A stretch of DNA of 64,000 bases from Vulcanimicrobiota bacterium (lineage in GTDB: Bacteria > Vulcanimicrobiota > Vulcanimicrobiia > Eremiobacterales > Eremiobacteraceae): assembly GCA_963812135.1 (NCBI GenBank), contig CAWETU010000001.1, forward strand, positions 896,001 through 960,000. Direction: 5' to 3'. Shown here piece after piece: positions 1 through 9,444 of the stretch (position 1 is the first letter of the stretch; every line of letters starts with the position of its first letter). The notes under the pieces are model-generated. The model worked only from the letters and a program-made list of their open reading frames with translations, was not told the origin of the DNA and did no database searches. The translations under genes and the position numbers were made by a program.

Positions 1-492
1 GTGAAACCCAAAACGCTGCACAATAAACTTTGTCGGACAGCAGTGCGCCTGCCCTTGGAGATAGATCGGATTAACGGTGTAGAGGCGATCGTTTGCAAAG
101 TGGGCATCGAGTCGATCGGGTTCGATTGAGTTCTTGCTAGCACCCATGGCGGTGATGATTCCGAGATTTGTGGTAAGCGGCCCATTGCCGCCGTCGCCAA
201 CCGCAAAAACGTGGGCGTACGACGCGAAGCCATTGGTTCCACTGTAGATCATGACGAGACCAACCCATCGCCCTTGAACGACGCCTTGAACGAAGCTACC
301 ATCTGCTGACGTAGGTGTGCTCGGAAGCGCCTCAACCCCGCACGGGGTTTTCTTCTGCGCTAACAGCTCGGGGTTCGGTGAACATGTCATATTCTTGATC
401 TTTGAAATCGGAATTAGATCGGCTGGCGCGCGGGTCGAAAACCCGAGGAGTACAGCAATTGCCAGTACCGCGGCGCCGTAGTGAATCTTCAT
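1..492 (-). CDS. Hypothetical secreted protein, truncated at window edge (MKIHYGAAVLAIAVLLGFSTRAPAD...QAHCCPTKFIVQRFGFH)
   Basis: Manual translation from ATG at 492 with GGAG RBS upstream; open to position 1; N-terminal signal-peptide-like segment and CCP motif. Confidence 0.7.
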   Translation of the reverse strand, partial: MKIHYGAAVLAIAVLLGFSTRAPADLIPISKIKNMTCSPNPELLAQKKTPCGVEALPSTPTSADGSFVQGVVQGRWVGLVMIYSGTNGFASYAHVFAVGDGGNGPLTTNLGIITAMGASKNSIEPDRLDAHFANDRLYTVNPIYLQGQAHCCPTKFIVQRFGFH

Positions 493-501
493 TCGATCTC
501 C

Positions 502-948
502 TCAGTCGTTAGATGCCGGGCAAAGCGCGCTCAGCGCTTTCACTTCGTCCGGGTTTGGCTGCGGATACCGAAACCGATACTGTAGGATATACGCGGCCGG
601 CCCTTCGCGGAATATGAAGGCGTCGTTGTTTTGCGTTGTCTTGTCGGTTTGTGTCGCGACCCCGACCGCAACGATATGGGCTGCTTCGACTCCGCATATC
701 GTCTGCGTGTCATGCGTGATCGTCACGCCGGGGCCGGTCAAACCTTTGATCCAATCGGCCTGCAGCACCGCGACTTTGCAATCGCAAACGTTCTTTGTTG
801 CGGACACGGTGCTATACGTGCCGTCGGGCTCAAGCTTGCCGTAATACGCGTACATGCCTTTTGTGGCAGGGTCACCCTGCACCCAAGGGGGCGGCAAAAG
901 CGGGCTTGGCTGAGTGGCCATGACGGCCAACATTGCGATGATCATCAT
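502..948 (-). CDS. Hypothetical secreted protein
   Basis: 148-aa ORF, hydrophobic N-terminus, co-oriented with neighbours. Confidence 0.6.
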   Translation of the reverse strand: MMIIAMLAVMATQPSPLLPPPWVQGDPATKGMYAYYGKLEPDGTYSTVSATKNVCDCKVAVLQADWIKGLTGPGVTITHDTQTICGVEAAHIVAVGVATQTDKTTQNNDAFIFREGPAAYILQYRFRYPQPNPDEVKALSALCPASND

Positions 949-987
949 GGCCGGTAGGTTGGTAAGTAGAGTGCCGGTTACCTCGCG

Positions 988-1656
988 TTATGAGTAATCG
1001 TTCGAGGGATTCCAGTCGTCGCGGCCCGACGGTAGCAGATCGAACAGATTCCACACCGGGCTCAGTAGATCGATGCCGCCGAATTGTCCGAACATGAGCG
1101 CGCGCGCGACGTACGTGTTTCGGATCGCGGACCCGTCCTTCGAAAATACCAAGACCGTTTCGACCGGATCGCCGTTGATGTCTTCAGCGCCAGTGTCGCG
1201 CGCGAACGCCGGACCATCGTCGGAGAGCAATCGAATCGAATCCCAACCACGGCGCTTCGCCCACGCCCGCAGCTTCTCGACGGGCGCCCGTGTGGCCACC
1301 GCGATGTTGGCACGCTGTTCCACGTGCTTGGCAACCCCGTTCAACCCGTCGATCCACAGCGTGCACATCGGGCAGAACTCGTCGTCGTCGGCCCAATACA
1401 TGACATGGTACACGATCAGCTCGGAGCCGCGCGAAAAGAGTTCGGATAGTCGGACGCGCCGCTCGCCCTCGAAAAAGGCGTAGTCTGGAACTTCGGGCCC
1501 AGCGGGAAGCGCTCGGCGCTTGGCAGCCACGGTTGCGACCTGTTTGCGAAGCGCTTCTTCGGCGCGATAAAGCTCCTCTCGCGCGGTTTTGTACGCGTCG
1601 CTCGCGCCGGGCATAACGGGAATCGTGTCTCGCACGGAAACTGTTTGTGCCATCAT
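988..1656 (-). CDS. DUF899 family thioredoxin-like protein
   Basis: 'RRALPAGPEVPDYAF', 'LSELF', CPMC motif, 'LFDLLPSGR' C-terminus typical of DUF899. Confidence 0.85.
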   Translation of the reverse strand: MMAQTVSVRDTIPVMPGASDAYKTAREELYRAEEALRKQVATVAAKRRALPAGPEVPDYAFFEGERRVRLSELFSRGSELIVYHVMYWADDDEFCPMCTLWIDGLNGVAKHVEQRANIAVATRAPVEKLRAWAKRRGWDSIRLLSDDGPAFARDTGAEDINGDPVETVLVFSKDGSAIRNTYVARALMFGQFGGIDLLSPVWNLFDLLPSGRDDWNPSNDYS

Positions 1657-1680
1657 TTGTCTCCCTATTGACGCTATATT

Positions 1681-2259
1681 TTATTTCTCGGTTTGCGCGC
1701 GAGCGATGATCTCCTCGACGATCGCCGTCTTGGCATCCGCGTAGTTCTGAACGTACTTCCAATCTTGTTGCGCCAACGCGCGCTTTGCATTCGCATACAA
1801 CTCGCGATCGGCGTCGTTCTCGCGCAACCGATCCCGAAAGATCAGCATGCGAGCGATCTCCGGACTGTTCGCCGAGAAGACATGCAGATTGATGTTGATC
1901 CGCGGGCCCTTGAACACTCGGTGCTCGTACCAATCGGGCTCGCGGATGCGCAGCACGTAGCCGGCGCCCTCGAGATCGGGTACGTATGCAGGCTCGTCCG
2001 CCGAGTTTGCGACGACCAATACCATATCAATGATCGGTTTCGCAGGCAGCCCCGGCACTGATGTCGAGCCGACGTGTTCGATAGCGAGCGCGCGCTCGCC
2101 GAGGGCGGCTCGCAGAGCATCGGCTTCGGTGAGAAAGTGTCGCGGCCAAAGCGGATCGGAGTCCGCGAGGACGATCCGCCCCTCCAACGGCTGAAGCTCG
2201 CCGATCGTGTACCCGCGGATCTGCTCTTCCGTATGACCCGATTCACCGCGACTCGTCAT
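1681..2259 (-). CDS. GrpB family (UPF0157) nucleotidyltransferase-like protein
   Basis: 'IEHVGSTSVPGLPAKPIID', 'LHVF', 'FRDRLR', 'YADAK' motifs; start 2259 or 2265. Confidence 0.9.
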   Translation of the reverse strand: MTSRGESGHTEEQIRGYTIGELQPLEGRIVLADSDPLWPRHFLTEADALRAALGERALAIEHVGSTSVPGLPAKPIIDMVLVVANSADEPAYVPDLEGAGYVLRIREPDWYEHRVFKGPRININLHVFSANSPEIARMLIFRDRLRENDADRELYANAKRALAQQDWKYVQNYADAKTAIVEEIIARAQTEK

Positions 2260-2281
2260 CGACAACGATCATATCCATTAA

Positions 2282-3340
2282 TCACGTGAGCGCGGCGGCG
2301 ATCGCCTTGCCGACATCTTCAGTGCTCGCCTGCCCGCCGATGTCACGCGTGCGCGGCCCGTTTCGCAGCACCGATTCAATCGCCTTCATGATGGCATTTG
2401 CGGCGTCGGCGTGGCCGAGATGCTCGAGCATCATCGCGCCGGACCAGATCTGTCCGATGGGATTGGCGATGTGTTTGCCGGCGATGTCCGGGGCCGAGCC
2501 ATGCACCGGTTCGAACATCGAAGGGAATTCGCGCTCCGGATTGAGGTTCGCCGATGGCGCGATGCCGATGGTGCCGGTGACCGCCGGGCCAAGATCGGAG
2601 AGGATGTCGCCGAACAGATTCGACCCGACGACGACGTCGAACCAATCGGGGTGCTGCACGAAATGCGCGGTCAAGATGTCGATGTGGTATTGATCGGTTT
2701 TCACATCGGGGTAGTGTTGCGCCATCGCCCGCACCCGCTCATCCCAATATGGCATCGTGATGGCGATGCCGTTGGATTTCGTGGCCGAGGTGAGATGTTT
2801 TTTCGGCCGGCTCTTAGCGAGCTCGTACGCGTAGCGCAAGATGCGGTCGACGCCGCGCCGTGTGAAGATCGATTCCTGCACGACGACCTCAGCATCCGTT
2901 CCATCGTTGAGGCGGCCACCGATCGAAGAGTATTCACCTTCGCTGTTCTCTCGAACGATCCAGAAATCGATATCGCCCGGCTTGCGACCCGCCAGCGGCG
3001 AGTCAATGCCCGGCATGAGCCGTACCGGACGCAAGTTGACGTATTGCTGGAAACGGCGTCGGATCGGGATCAGCAGTCCCCACAAGGAGATGTGATCGGG
3101 CACCTCCGGCGAGCCGACAGCGCCTAGGCAGATCGCGTCGTGCGCGCGGATGCGGTCGAGCCCGCCGTCAGGCATCATCTTGCCGGTCTTCGAGTATTCC
3201 TCGCAGCTCCAAGGCAGGTAGTCCCATTGGAAACCGATCCCGAATTTCGCCGCCGCCGCATCGACGACGCGAATGCCTTCGGGCACGACTTCTTTGCCGA
3301 TCCCATCGCCCGGAATCACCGCAATCCGGTACGTCTTCAT
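2282..3340 (-). CDS. ttuC: Tartrate dehydrogenase/decarboxylase (D-malate dehydrogenase)
   Basis: 'IAVIPGDGIGKEV', 'VPDHISLWGLL', 'RENSEGEYS', 'TSATKSNGI', 'FEPVHGSAPDIAG' motifs. Confidence 0.92.
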   Translation of the reverse strand: MKTYRIAVIPGDGIGKEVVPEGIRVVDAAAAKFGIGFQWDYLPWSCEEYSKTGKMMPDGGLDRIRAHDAICLGAVGSPEVPDHISLWGLLIPIRRRFQQYVNLRPVRLMPGIDSPLAGRKPGDIDFWIVRENSEGEYSSIGGRLNDGTDAEVVVQESIFTRRGVDRILRYAYELAKSRPKKHLTSATKSNGIAITMPYWDERVRAMAQHYPDVKTDQYHIDILTAHFVQHPDWFDVVVGSNLFGDILSDLGPAVTGTIGIAPSANLNPEREFPSMFEPVHGSAPDIAGKHIANPIGQIWSGAMMLEHLGHADAANAIMKAIESVLRNGPRTRDIGGQASTEDVGKAIAAALT

Positions 3341-3349
3341 CTCGTATGC

Positions 3350-4552
3350 TTAGGTGGATCCTGCCGGTGCGGCCTGCAGGTTGCGCTCGGTGGCAATAAG
3401 CATGATCGTCACGGCGATGGCGCCCAGCGCGATCGCGCTTGCGAGAAACGACTCAGGCAACCCGATTCGATTCGCGGCAAGTCCGACCGCGAGCGCGGGC
3501 AGACTGAAACCCGCGTAGCACGCGACAAGAAATGCGGAATTGACTTCAGCCCGGTGGTCCGGGGGCGCGATTTGCAGGACGATTCTCAGGCCCGCAAGAT
3601 ACGACAGACCAAGCCCGCCACCGACGAGTAACGCAGCGACCCCGATCAAGGCGTACATGTGGGTCGGCACGGAAAGCAGCAGCGACCACATCCCGGCGCC
3701 AAGGAGCAGCATCGCGATGATGATCGCGGTCCTGTTGCGCAACGCATTGCCTGCGAGTGACGCCGACGCCGACCCTATTTGCATCAACGTGATGACGCCG
3801 GCTCCCACCATGAGATTGCGCAGGTCAAGCGTGCCGGCAAGAAAGGTGGGAACCAGCGACAGAAAGATCGCTGACGTTCCCCAGCCGATGAACGACTGGG
3901 TGGCCGCAATCGCAAACGGGCGACGGATGGCTTTGGGAACCGCGACTACCGTGCTGTGTTGGAGATCGTGAATGTGGGGGCACGACGGAACCGTCCCAAT
4001 CGCAATCGCGACGAACACCAGCAAAGCGACGTGTACGAGGTAGGGCAATAGCAACGGGTACGGGCCGTACTGCCCGATCACGCCGCCGAGTAGAGCTCCA
4101 AGCGCCGACCCGGCCGCGGTCGCGACAACGACGAGTTGCGTGGCGTGCGGGCGCTGCGCCTCCGACATCCACTCAGTGACCGCAGCGATTGCCGCGCCCA
4201 ACGACATGCCGAGAGCGAACCCTTGTAAAATACGTGCGATGATGAGCCAAACCAGACCTTCGGAGAACGCGAAGACCAGCGAGCCCAGCGCCATGAGCGC
4301 GACGCCGATGAGCATCGTGCGCCGCCGTCCGATGCGGTCGGAGATCCCACCTAGGAAAAGCAACGACGGGATCACCGACGCGGCGTACACGGCAAACACC
4401 ACGCTTATCTCTCCCGCGGTAAGCCCGAAAGTCCGTTCGTACTGTAAGTAGATCGGCGACGGCAAGATCGCGCCGGTGAGAAGGAGCGCGATCATCGTCA
4501 GCGCGATCGGGTAGCGACCGGCGGCAGGATTCGGTGCGCTCGTGGGCGTCAT
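3350..4552 (-). CDS. MFS transporter
   Basis: Motif A 'GGISDRIGRRR', about 12 hydrophobic segments; start trimmed to ATG 4552 to avoid overlap with the divergent gene. Confidence 0.9.
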   Translation of the reverse strand: MTPTSAPNPAAGRYPIALTMIALLLTGAILPSPIYLQYERTFGLTAGEISVVFAVYAASVIPSLLFLGGISDRIGRRRTMLIGVALMALGSLVFAFSEGLVWLIIARILQGFALGMSLGAAIAAVTEWMSEAQRPHATQLVVVATAAGSALGALLGGVIGQYGPYPLLLPYLVHVALLVFVAIAIGTVPSCPHIHDLQHSTVVAVPKAIRRPFAIAATQSFIGWGTSAIFLSLVPTFLAGTLDLRNLMVGAGVITLMQIGSASASLAGNALRNRTAIIIAMLLLGAGMWSLLLSVPTHMYALIGVAALLVGGGLGLSYLAGLRIVLQIAPPDHRAEVNSAFLVACYAGFSLPALAVGLAANRIGLPESFLASAIALGAIAVTIMLIATERNLQAAPAGST

Positions 4553-4619
4553 GCTTCGTTGCGAACCCCAAAGGCGGAAAACGTGCCTGAGTGAAACAAC
4601 TGCAGCATGCGAGACGATA

Positions 4620-5054
4620 ATGCCTACTGATTTTCGAGACGGAAAGACGTTCCCACGGCGGGGCCGAGAAGCTCTCGGGGGTTTCTTGTGGCTCGCCCGC
4701 GTGTTCGACAAAGCACGTGCGAAGGCGAGCGGAACGCAGGACGGCTACATCTACCCTTGCCCGATGGATCGCGCCATGATGCAACGCTGGGGCATCAGCC
4801 CTGGCGATTTCACCGCCGCCATCGGCGAGCACTCGAGCGACGACCAAATCCTTGCATGGATGTCCCAACGTGTCACGCCGGAACGCAAACAGTCGGCAAA
4901 CGAGTGGCTGTTGACCCAAAAAAGCGCGCTCGATCGGCACGACGCAGAAGAAGGCGTGCCCGGCGCCGTCGCACCCCCTCGGAAAGAGATTATCCTCGGC
5001 GTCGGCGCGCTAATGTTATTGGCGGCTTGGCTTGCCCGCGTACTGCATCACTAG
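4620..5054 (+). CDS. DUF5069 domain-containing protein
   Basis: 'PRRGREALGGFLWLARVFDKARA...YIYPCPMD' family pattern; C-terminal TM helix. Confidence 0.75.
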   Translation: MPTDFRDGKTFPRRGREALGGFLWLARVFDKARAKASGTQDGYIYPCPMDRAMMQRWGISPGDFTAAIGEHSSDDQILAWMSQRVTPERKQSANEWLLTQKSALDRHDAEEGVPGAVAPPRKEIILGVGALMLLAAWLARVLHH

Positions 5055-6955
5055 ATTTTTTGCAAAATGTATGCCTGGATCTGCTGCGCCATGGCTTGCG
5101 TATCGCGCTTCTCGCCACCGGTGGTTATCGTGATCATGCCGCCGCGCGCGTGCAAGAACCCGGCCATCTTCTGGATTGGGTAACACGTGGCCGCGTGACC
5201 GCATGGAGTACCGCCGGGAGGGTAAGGTCCAGGCATATTGTTCCACACTGAGACGTTTATTTCGGCAAAGGTGGGGTCGACGCGCGCCGTGCTATAGGTG
5301 CACGATGAGGTCGACGTGGGATTTATACGCGTCGTGTCAACCGTGTTGGGCAGATGCAAGATCGAGTTCGCTTCAGCTTGCGTGAGGAGCACACACGCGC
5401 CCGGCAGGCCGCTTGTCTGGGTGCCAGGCCCCGGGGGCGGGGGCGGGGGCGGGGGAGTCCCGCGACAGTGCTGATCGACTGAAAGTCCGATGATGCCGAC
5501 TGATGCGCCCGTATCCGCGCCAGAGATGGCGAAATAGCCCTCGCCTTTCACAGCCTTTTCGTAATGCGCCGACGGGCACTTCGGGGTGACGCATTCGTCA
5601 GACCGCGTGCAAAACGCGGTGCCCTCTAAGGCGACGCCAGCGAACTCCGATCCATCCGCGAAATGGATCCGAGCATGTGCGGAATTGGTCTGCACCACGA
5701 TGATGTCGGCTTCGAAATCCGGCCTCAGCAATACGTTTTGATACGGTCCGATCGGCGCGGGCTGAAGCTCGGTGTTGTCGCTTAACACGAAAGACAGCAA
5801 GTTGGACATGGCGGCGGTGATGCCAGGCCCGCTGCTATCCCAAACTTGCGCATTGAGCGACGGATCGCGGTACTTGGAGCGGCCATAGCTCGGGGCCCAC
5901 GCGTCTTCAAACGCGTTCGCGTTGCCGGTGATCGCGCGTTGATAGGCGTCCACACTGCCACTCGCCTGCAACATTTCGTCGAAGTGGTCCCATGGATTGA
6001 TTCCGACATAGTTGAGCTCGGAGTAGTACCCGATCGCGTCATACTTTCGGGAGAACAGCGGGGTTCGGCCGCTGTTGAAATAGGTATCCCACGACCCGAC
6101 CCCGACATCGCAATGCCCGGCGATCGTGCACCCGACCCATTCCGCCTGGCCCTCGATGAGCCACGATGGTTTGGTGCCTAATACCGCTGCTGAGCTGAAC
6201 AGCGCCATCTGGAAACAGTGGAAGACCTCGTGCGGAATCACTTCTTGCTGGATTCGAAAGGTCGATGCCTGAAGGCTCGGATTGATCCACACGATGCACG
6301 GCATCGGCCGTCCGCTGGCGTCGTACGAAAACGCGTAGGCGAGCGCGTCGAAGACGAGCGGGCCCGAGTAGGGTTGCGTAGGAAACATCTCCATCGAGTT
6401 GATGACAACCGCTGGATCATAACCAAGGTCTCGATGGAGCAGGCCGGCGATGTCGGCTCGCGCCGAGTGCACCATCGCCTCATATTGCGATTGGGTAAGC
6501 GCCGCAACAACTTCATCACTTCTGCCGCGATCGCGGACGGCGGCGCTTGCGAAGCGCATCGCATGCACTCGCGGGCGCCGCAGATACGAAAGAACTACCC
6601 TGCGCTGCGCCGGCGTGAGCTCATTCCAGTGGCCCCACATCCAGCGCAGCGCGCCGGTTCCGGATGAGATGAGGCCGCGCGGCCCCGGTGGCATCGCGAC
6701 GCCCGGCAGCGGCCCAAAAGCGAGTGAGAATGCGTCCAGCGCGACTTGCTTGCTCGGGACGCCGTCTGGTCCGATGTTCCTCATCACCGCCTCCCATGCG
6801 GAGCGCGGCTTTGGCGTCGGCTCGATTGGGACGACGATCTTTTTCAGACCAGAGTACTCGCTTGTCGCTGTCATGCCCGGCGCGTTTGCCGGTCGAGAGC
6901 AGCCTGACGTAAGAACAATCGCGATGATGGCGAGGCAAGTCAGAAACTTCAACAT
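5051..6955 (-). CDS. Lipoprotein with gluzincin-like zinc metallopeptidase motif, poly-Pro linker and Cys-rich C-terminal domain
   Basis: Lipobox LTSGC; HEVFH followed by 'WLIEGQAEW'; AGGAG RBS before ATG 6955. Confidence 0.7.
   Translation of the reverse strand: MLKFLTCLAIIAIVLTSGCSRPANAPGMTATSEYSGLKKIVVPIEPTPKPRSAWEAVMRNIGPDGVPSKQVALDAFSLAFGPLPGVAMPPGPRGLISSGTGALRWMWGHWNELTPAQRRVVLSYLRRPRVHAMRFASAAVRDRGRSDEVVAALTQSQYEAMVHSARADIAGLLHRDLGYDPAVVINSMEMFPTQPYSGPLVFDALAYAFSYDASGRPMPCIVWINPSLQASTFRIQQEVIPHEVFHCFQMALFSSAAVLGTKPSWLIEGQAEWVGCTIAGHCDVGVGSWDTYFNSGRTPLFSRKYDAIGYYSELNYVGINPWDHFDEMLQASGSVDAYQRAITGNANAFEDAWAPSYGRSKYRDPSLNAQVWDSSGPGITAAMSNLLSFVLSDNTELQPAPIGPYQNVLLRPDFEADIIVVQTNSAHARIHFADGSEFAGVALEGTAFCTRSDECVTPKCPSAHYEKAVKGEGYFAISGADTGASVGIIGLSVDQHCRGTPPPPPPPPGPGTQTSGLPGACVLLTQAEANSILHLPNTVDTTRINPTSTSSCTYSTARVDPTFAEINVSVWNNMPGPYPPGGTPCGHAATCYPIQKMAGFLHARGGMITITTGGEKRDTQAMAQQIQAYILQKI
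5433..5455. repeat. (GGGGGC)x4 hexamer tandem repeat encoding poly-Pro
   Basis: gggggcgggggcgggggcggggg read directly. Confidence 0.85.
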
Positions 6956-6975
6956 TCCGTCGCTCCTATGGTCGT

Positions 6976-7632
6976 TCATACGGCTGAATCGAGTCGTTGC
7001 AGCGCGAGGCGCCACACGGTGACCTCACGCACGGCTTGACCCGCGGATAGTGCGACGATGAGCCAGCCGGTCACCAGATCGGCAACAACGATTTGGGAGC
7101 GCGCGAAAAAAGCCGCTGCCGCGAAGAAGATCACCGCAGCCACAGCACACGACGTAACGTCGACTCGCCGAAAGCCTTTTGTAAGGCGGTGCACGAACGC
7201 GCCCGGACCCCAGCACTTTCGCAATTGACTGTACTGGTGCTCGAAAGCGAACACCCCGAGCACGAAAAACACGCCGTACGCAATGAGCGTGACGACGGCC
7301 CCGTGCTCGAGCCCAAGAATCGCGCTGAATTCGCAGACACCGAAACCGAACGGGATGAATGCGTCGAACAGTTGTGAGTTCCAGTAGTACAACATGACGC
7401 CAATTTGATATTGGTTCCAAAGCAAAACGATCGTGAGCAGCAGTCCGATAGCCATGACAAGCTGTGGTGTGTGAAAGCGATGCTGGCCGATGAGGTAGTC
7501 GACCTTGAGAAAAAGAGTCGCGAGCGCGGTGCCCTGGATGATGCTGAGCAACGTCAGGTACGAGTTCGAAAATGCGTTGCGCATCCGGTCGCGGATCTGT
7601 GCGATCTCTTGCGCTTGCTCAGCTTGGATCAT
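6976..7632 (-). CDS. Hypothetical integral membrane protein
   Basis: About 6 TM segments; GAGG RBS before ATG 7632. Confidence 0.7.
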   Translation of the reverse strand: MIQAEQAQEIAQIRDRMRNAFSNSYLTLLSIIQGTALATLFLKVDYLIGQHRFHTPQLVMAIGLLLTIVLLWNQYQIGVMLYYWNSQLFDAFIPFGFGVCEFSAILGLEHGAVVTLIAYGVFFVLGVFAFEHQYSQLRKCWGPGAFVHRLTKGFRRVDVTSCAVAAVIFFAAAAFFARSQIVVADLVTGWLIVALSAGQAVREVTVWRLALQRLDSAV

Positions 7633-7645
7633 GCTCGCCTCTGAC

Positions 7646-8179
7646 TTATGGCGCAGCCGGGAGTAGTCGTTCCTCGGCGCGCGGATAGTCCCCATCAGGA
7701 TGCTCTTTGATCCACGCTTTGGCTCGAGCGGCCAGATATTCGAAGTTCTCGAAGACATGGGGCCGATTGGTTCGGCAGATCGCGATCACGTCGGCCAGCA
7801 ATCCCCAATAGAGATTGACGTTGAACCAATCGGTCTGGAGGTACGTGCGTTCATCGATGAGGCCGCTGCGCACGAACGAACCAATGTGGTTGTACATGTC
7901 GCAAAGGTAGAACTCGGGGTGTTTGTTACGATCGATGGGGATCTCCAACAAGGAGGCGCGAAAGTCAGCGTCCTTCATGCGCTCGGCTAGATCGTGGCGG
8001 ACGAAGTTCGTCAGATCGCGAACGCTGGGATCCTGCAACATGCCAAATACCGTGATCAGGCCACTGAGTTGATTGCCCGTTCGCAAATGGCGAAGCTGCG
8101 CCAGCGCCGCGATCGCAGACGCGGTGATGACGACGAACGTGCCTATCGCGGCAGCGGTATTCCATGCCTCGAGAGTCAT
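7646..8179 (-). CDS. DUF4760-like protein (N-terminal TM helix)
   Basis: 'AALAQLRHLR', 'IGSFVRSGLID', 'FENFEYLA' pattern; similar to 18310-18879. Confidence 0.65.
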   Translation of the reverse strand: MTLEAWNTAAAIGTFVVITASAIAALAQLRHLRTGNQLSGLITVFGMLQDPSVRDLTNFVRHDLAERMKDADFRASLLEIPIDRNKHPEFYLCDMYNHIGSFVRSGLIDERTYLQTDWFNVNLYWGLLADVIAICRTNRPHVFENFEYLAARAKAWIKEHPDGDYPRAEERLLPAAP

Positions 8180-8238
8180 GCTGGACGGGGACGTTTGGGC
8201 TGGATGGGGCGGTCGCCTTTGGCTCTGGGGTCTCTCCG

Positions 8239-8892
8239 ATGAGCCACCACGTCGGAAGTCAGGAATTTTGGGACGAGCTCTACCGCTCACGGGGATCAGT
8301 GTGGAGCGGCGAACCCAACGAGTCTTTGGTGAAACAGATGTCGGGACTGCCGGCGGGCACGGCGCTCGACGTCGGTTGCGGCGAGGGGGCGGATGCGATC
8401 TGGTTAGCGCAGCGCGGCTGGCGAGTCACGGCGGTTGACATATCCAACGTCGCGCTCGAGCGAGCGAAGAAAAGCGCGATTCAAGGCGGCGAAAAAGTCG
8501 CGGAGAAGATCTCGTGGATTCGAACCGATCTAACGGAATCCGTTCCGGCAGACACTACCTACGATTTGGTCTGCGCGTTCTTCATGCACTTACCAAAGGC
8601 CGAAAGAGACGTTCTATTCCGCAGCCTTACTGATCTGGTGGCGCCTGGCGGCTCCCTCCTTATCGTCGGCCACCATCCTTCAGACTTGGATGTGCCGGTG
8701 AATCGCCCGAAAGAACCAGATCTCTTTTATACGGCAACCGAGGTCGCAGGTTTGCTCCAACCCGGTCAATGGCAAGTTGTCGTCGAAGCAGCCGACGCTC
8801 GGCCCGCCAAAGGACGCGACGAACAACCTGTGACCGTGCACGATGCGGTGTTGCACGCCCGCAGAGTCAGCTCGGGTGCAACGCTTGGATAG
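8239..8892 (+). CDS. Class I SAM-dependent methyltransferase
   Basis: 'FWDELY..VWSGEPN', 'ALDVGCGEGADAIWLA', 'VTAVDIS' motifs. Confidence 0.9.
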   Translation: MSHHVGSQEFWDELYRSRGSVWSGEPNESLVKQMSGLPAGTALDVGCGEGADAIWLAQRGWRVTAVDISNVALERAKKSAIQGGEKVAEKISWIRTDLTESVPADTTYDLVCAFFMHLPKAERDVLFRSLTDLVAPGGSLLIVGHHPSDLDVPVNRPKEPDLFYTATEVAGLLQPGQWQVVVEAADARPAKGRDEQPVTVHDAVLHARRVSSGATLG

Positions 8893-8913
8893 CAGCAGGG
8901 TCGGGTATATAAT
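8885..8913 (+). promoter_or_regulatory. Putative sigma70-type promoter for the 8950 gene
   Basis: TTGGAT(8885-8890)-17 nt-TATAAT(8908-8913), followed by GGAGG RBS. Confidence 0.5.
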
Positions 8914-8949
8914 TTAGTACAGAGCCACGAATATTCTGAGGGAGGACAA

Positions 8950-9336
8950 ATGCTCGCACTTATGCTCGCCGCGGCGCTCAACGGAGCGTCGTGCGCGACT
9001 CCAACTATTGTCTCCGCAACGGTCCAGTCAGCCACGGCGAACGGCGCGTTGAAGCACTACACGATCGCGATCACCGTGGCGAACCAGGGCGGCGTCAAAC
9101 AGCCGAGCGATCTGCTCGAGTCAGTGGACGTCTTCCAAGCTGGTCAGAGGGTCGACCGGATCGGTCTGCAGCCGCTCGGACCCAAGCAATCGCAAACCGT
9201 CACCTACAGCTTCGATCGGTCCGCGGAGGCAGGCGACGGCACGACCGATGTCATTTTCACGCTCGATTTCAACGGGCGCACGGGCAACGATGTTGACTGC
9301 CGCGGCGGGAGGGAAGCTCTCAGAATCTCTGTCTGA
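8950..9336 (+). CDS. Secreted CARDB/Ig-like protein
   Basis: Strong GGAGG RBS, signal peptide, 'ITVANQG...PLGPKQSQTVTY' Ig-like pattern. Confidence 0.6.
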   Translation: MLALMLAAALNGASCATPTIVSATVQSATANGALKHYTIAITVANQGGVKQPSDLLESVDVFQAGQRVDRIGLQPLGPKQSQTVTYSFDRSAEAGDGTTDVIFTLDFNGRTGNDVDCRGGREALRISV

Positions 9337-9444
9337 CGTCAGGGCGGCAGGAGCAGATGTTCCAAATGCTCCACTCGAAAATGAGTGGAGCATTATACTT
9401 CTGCGTCGAAGGAACTCCTAACAAAGCTGGGGAGTTGAACGTTC

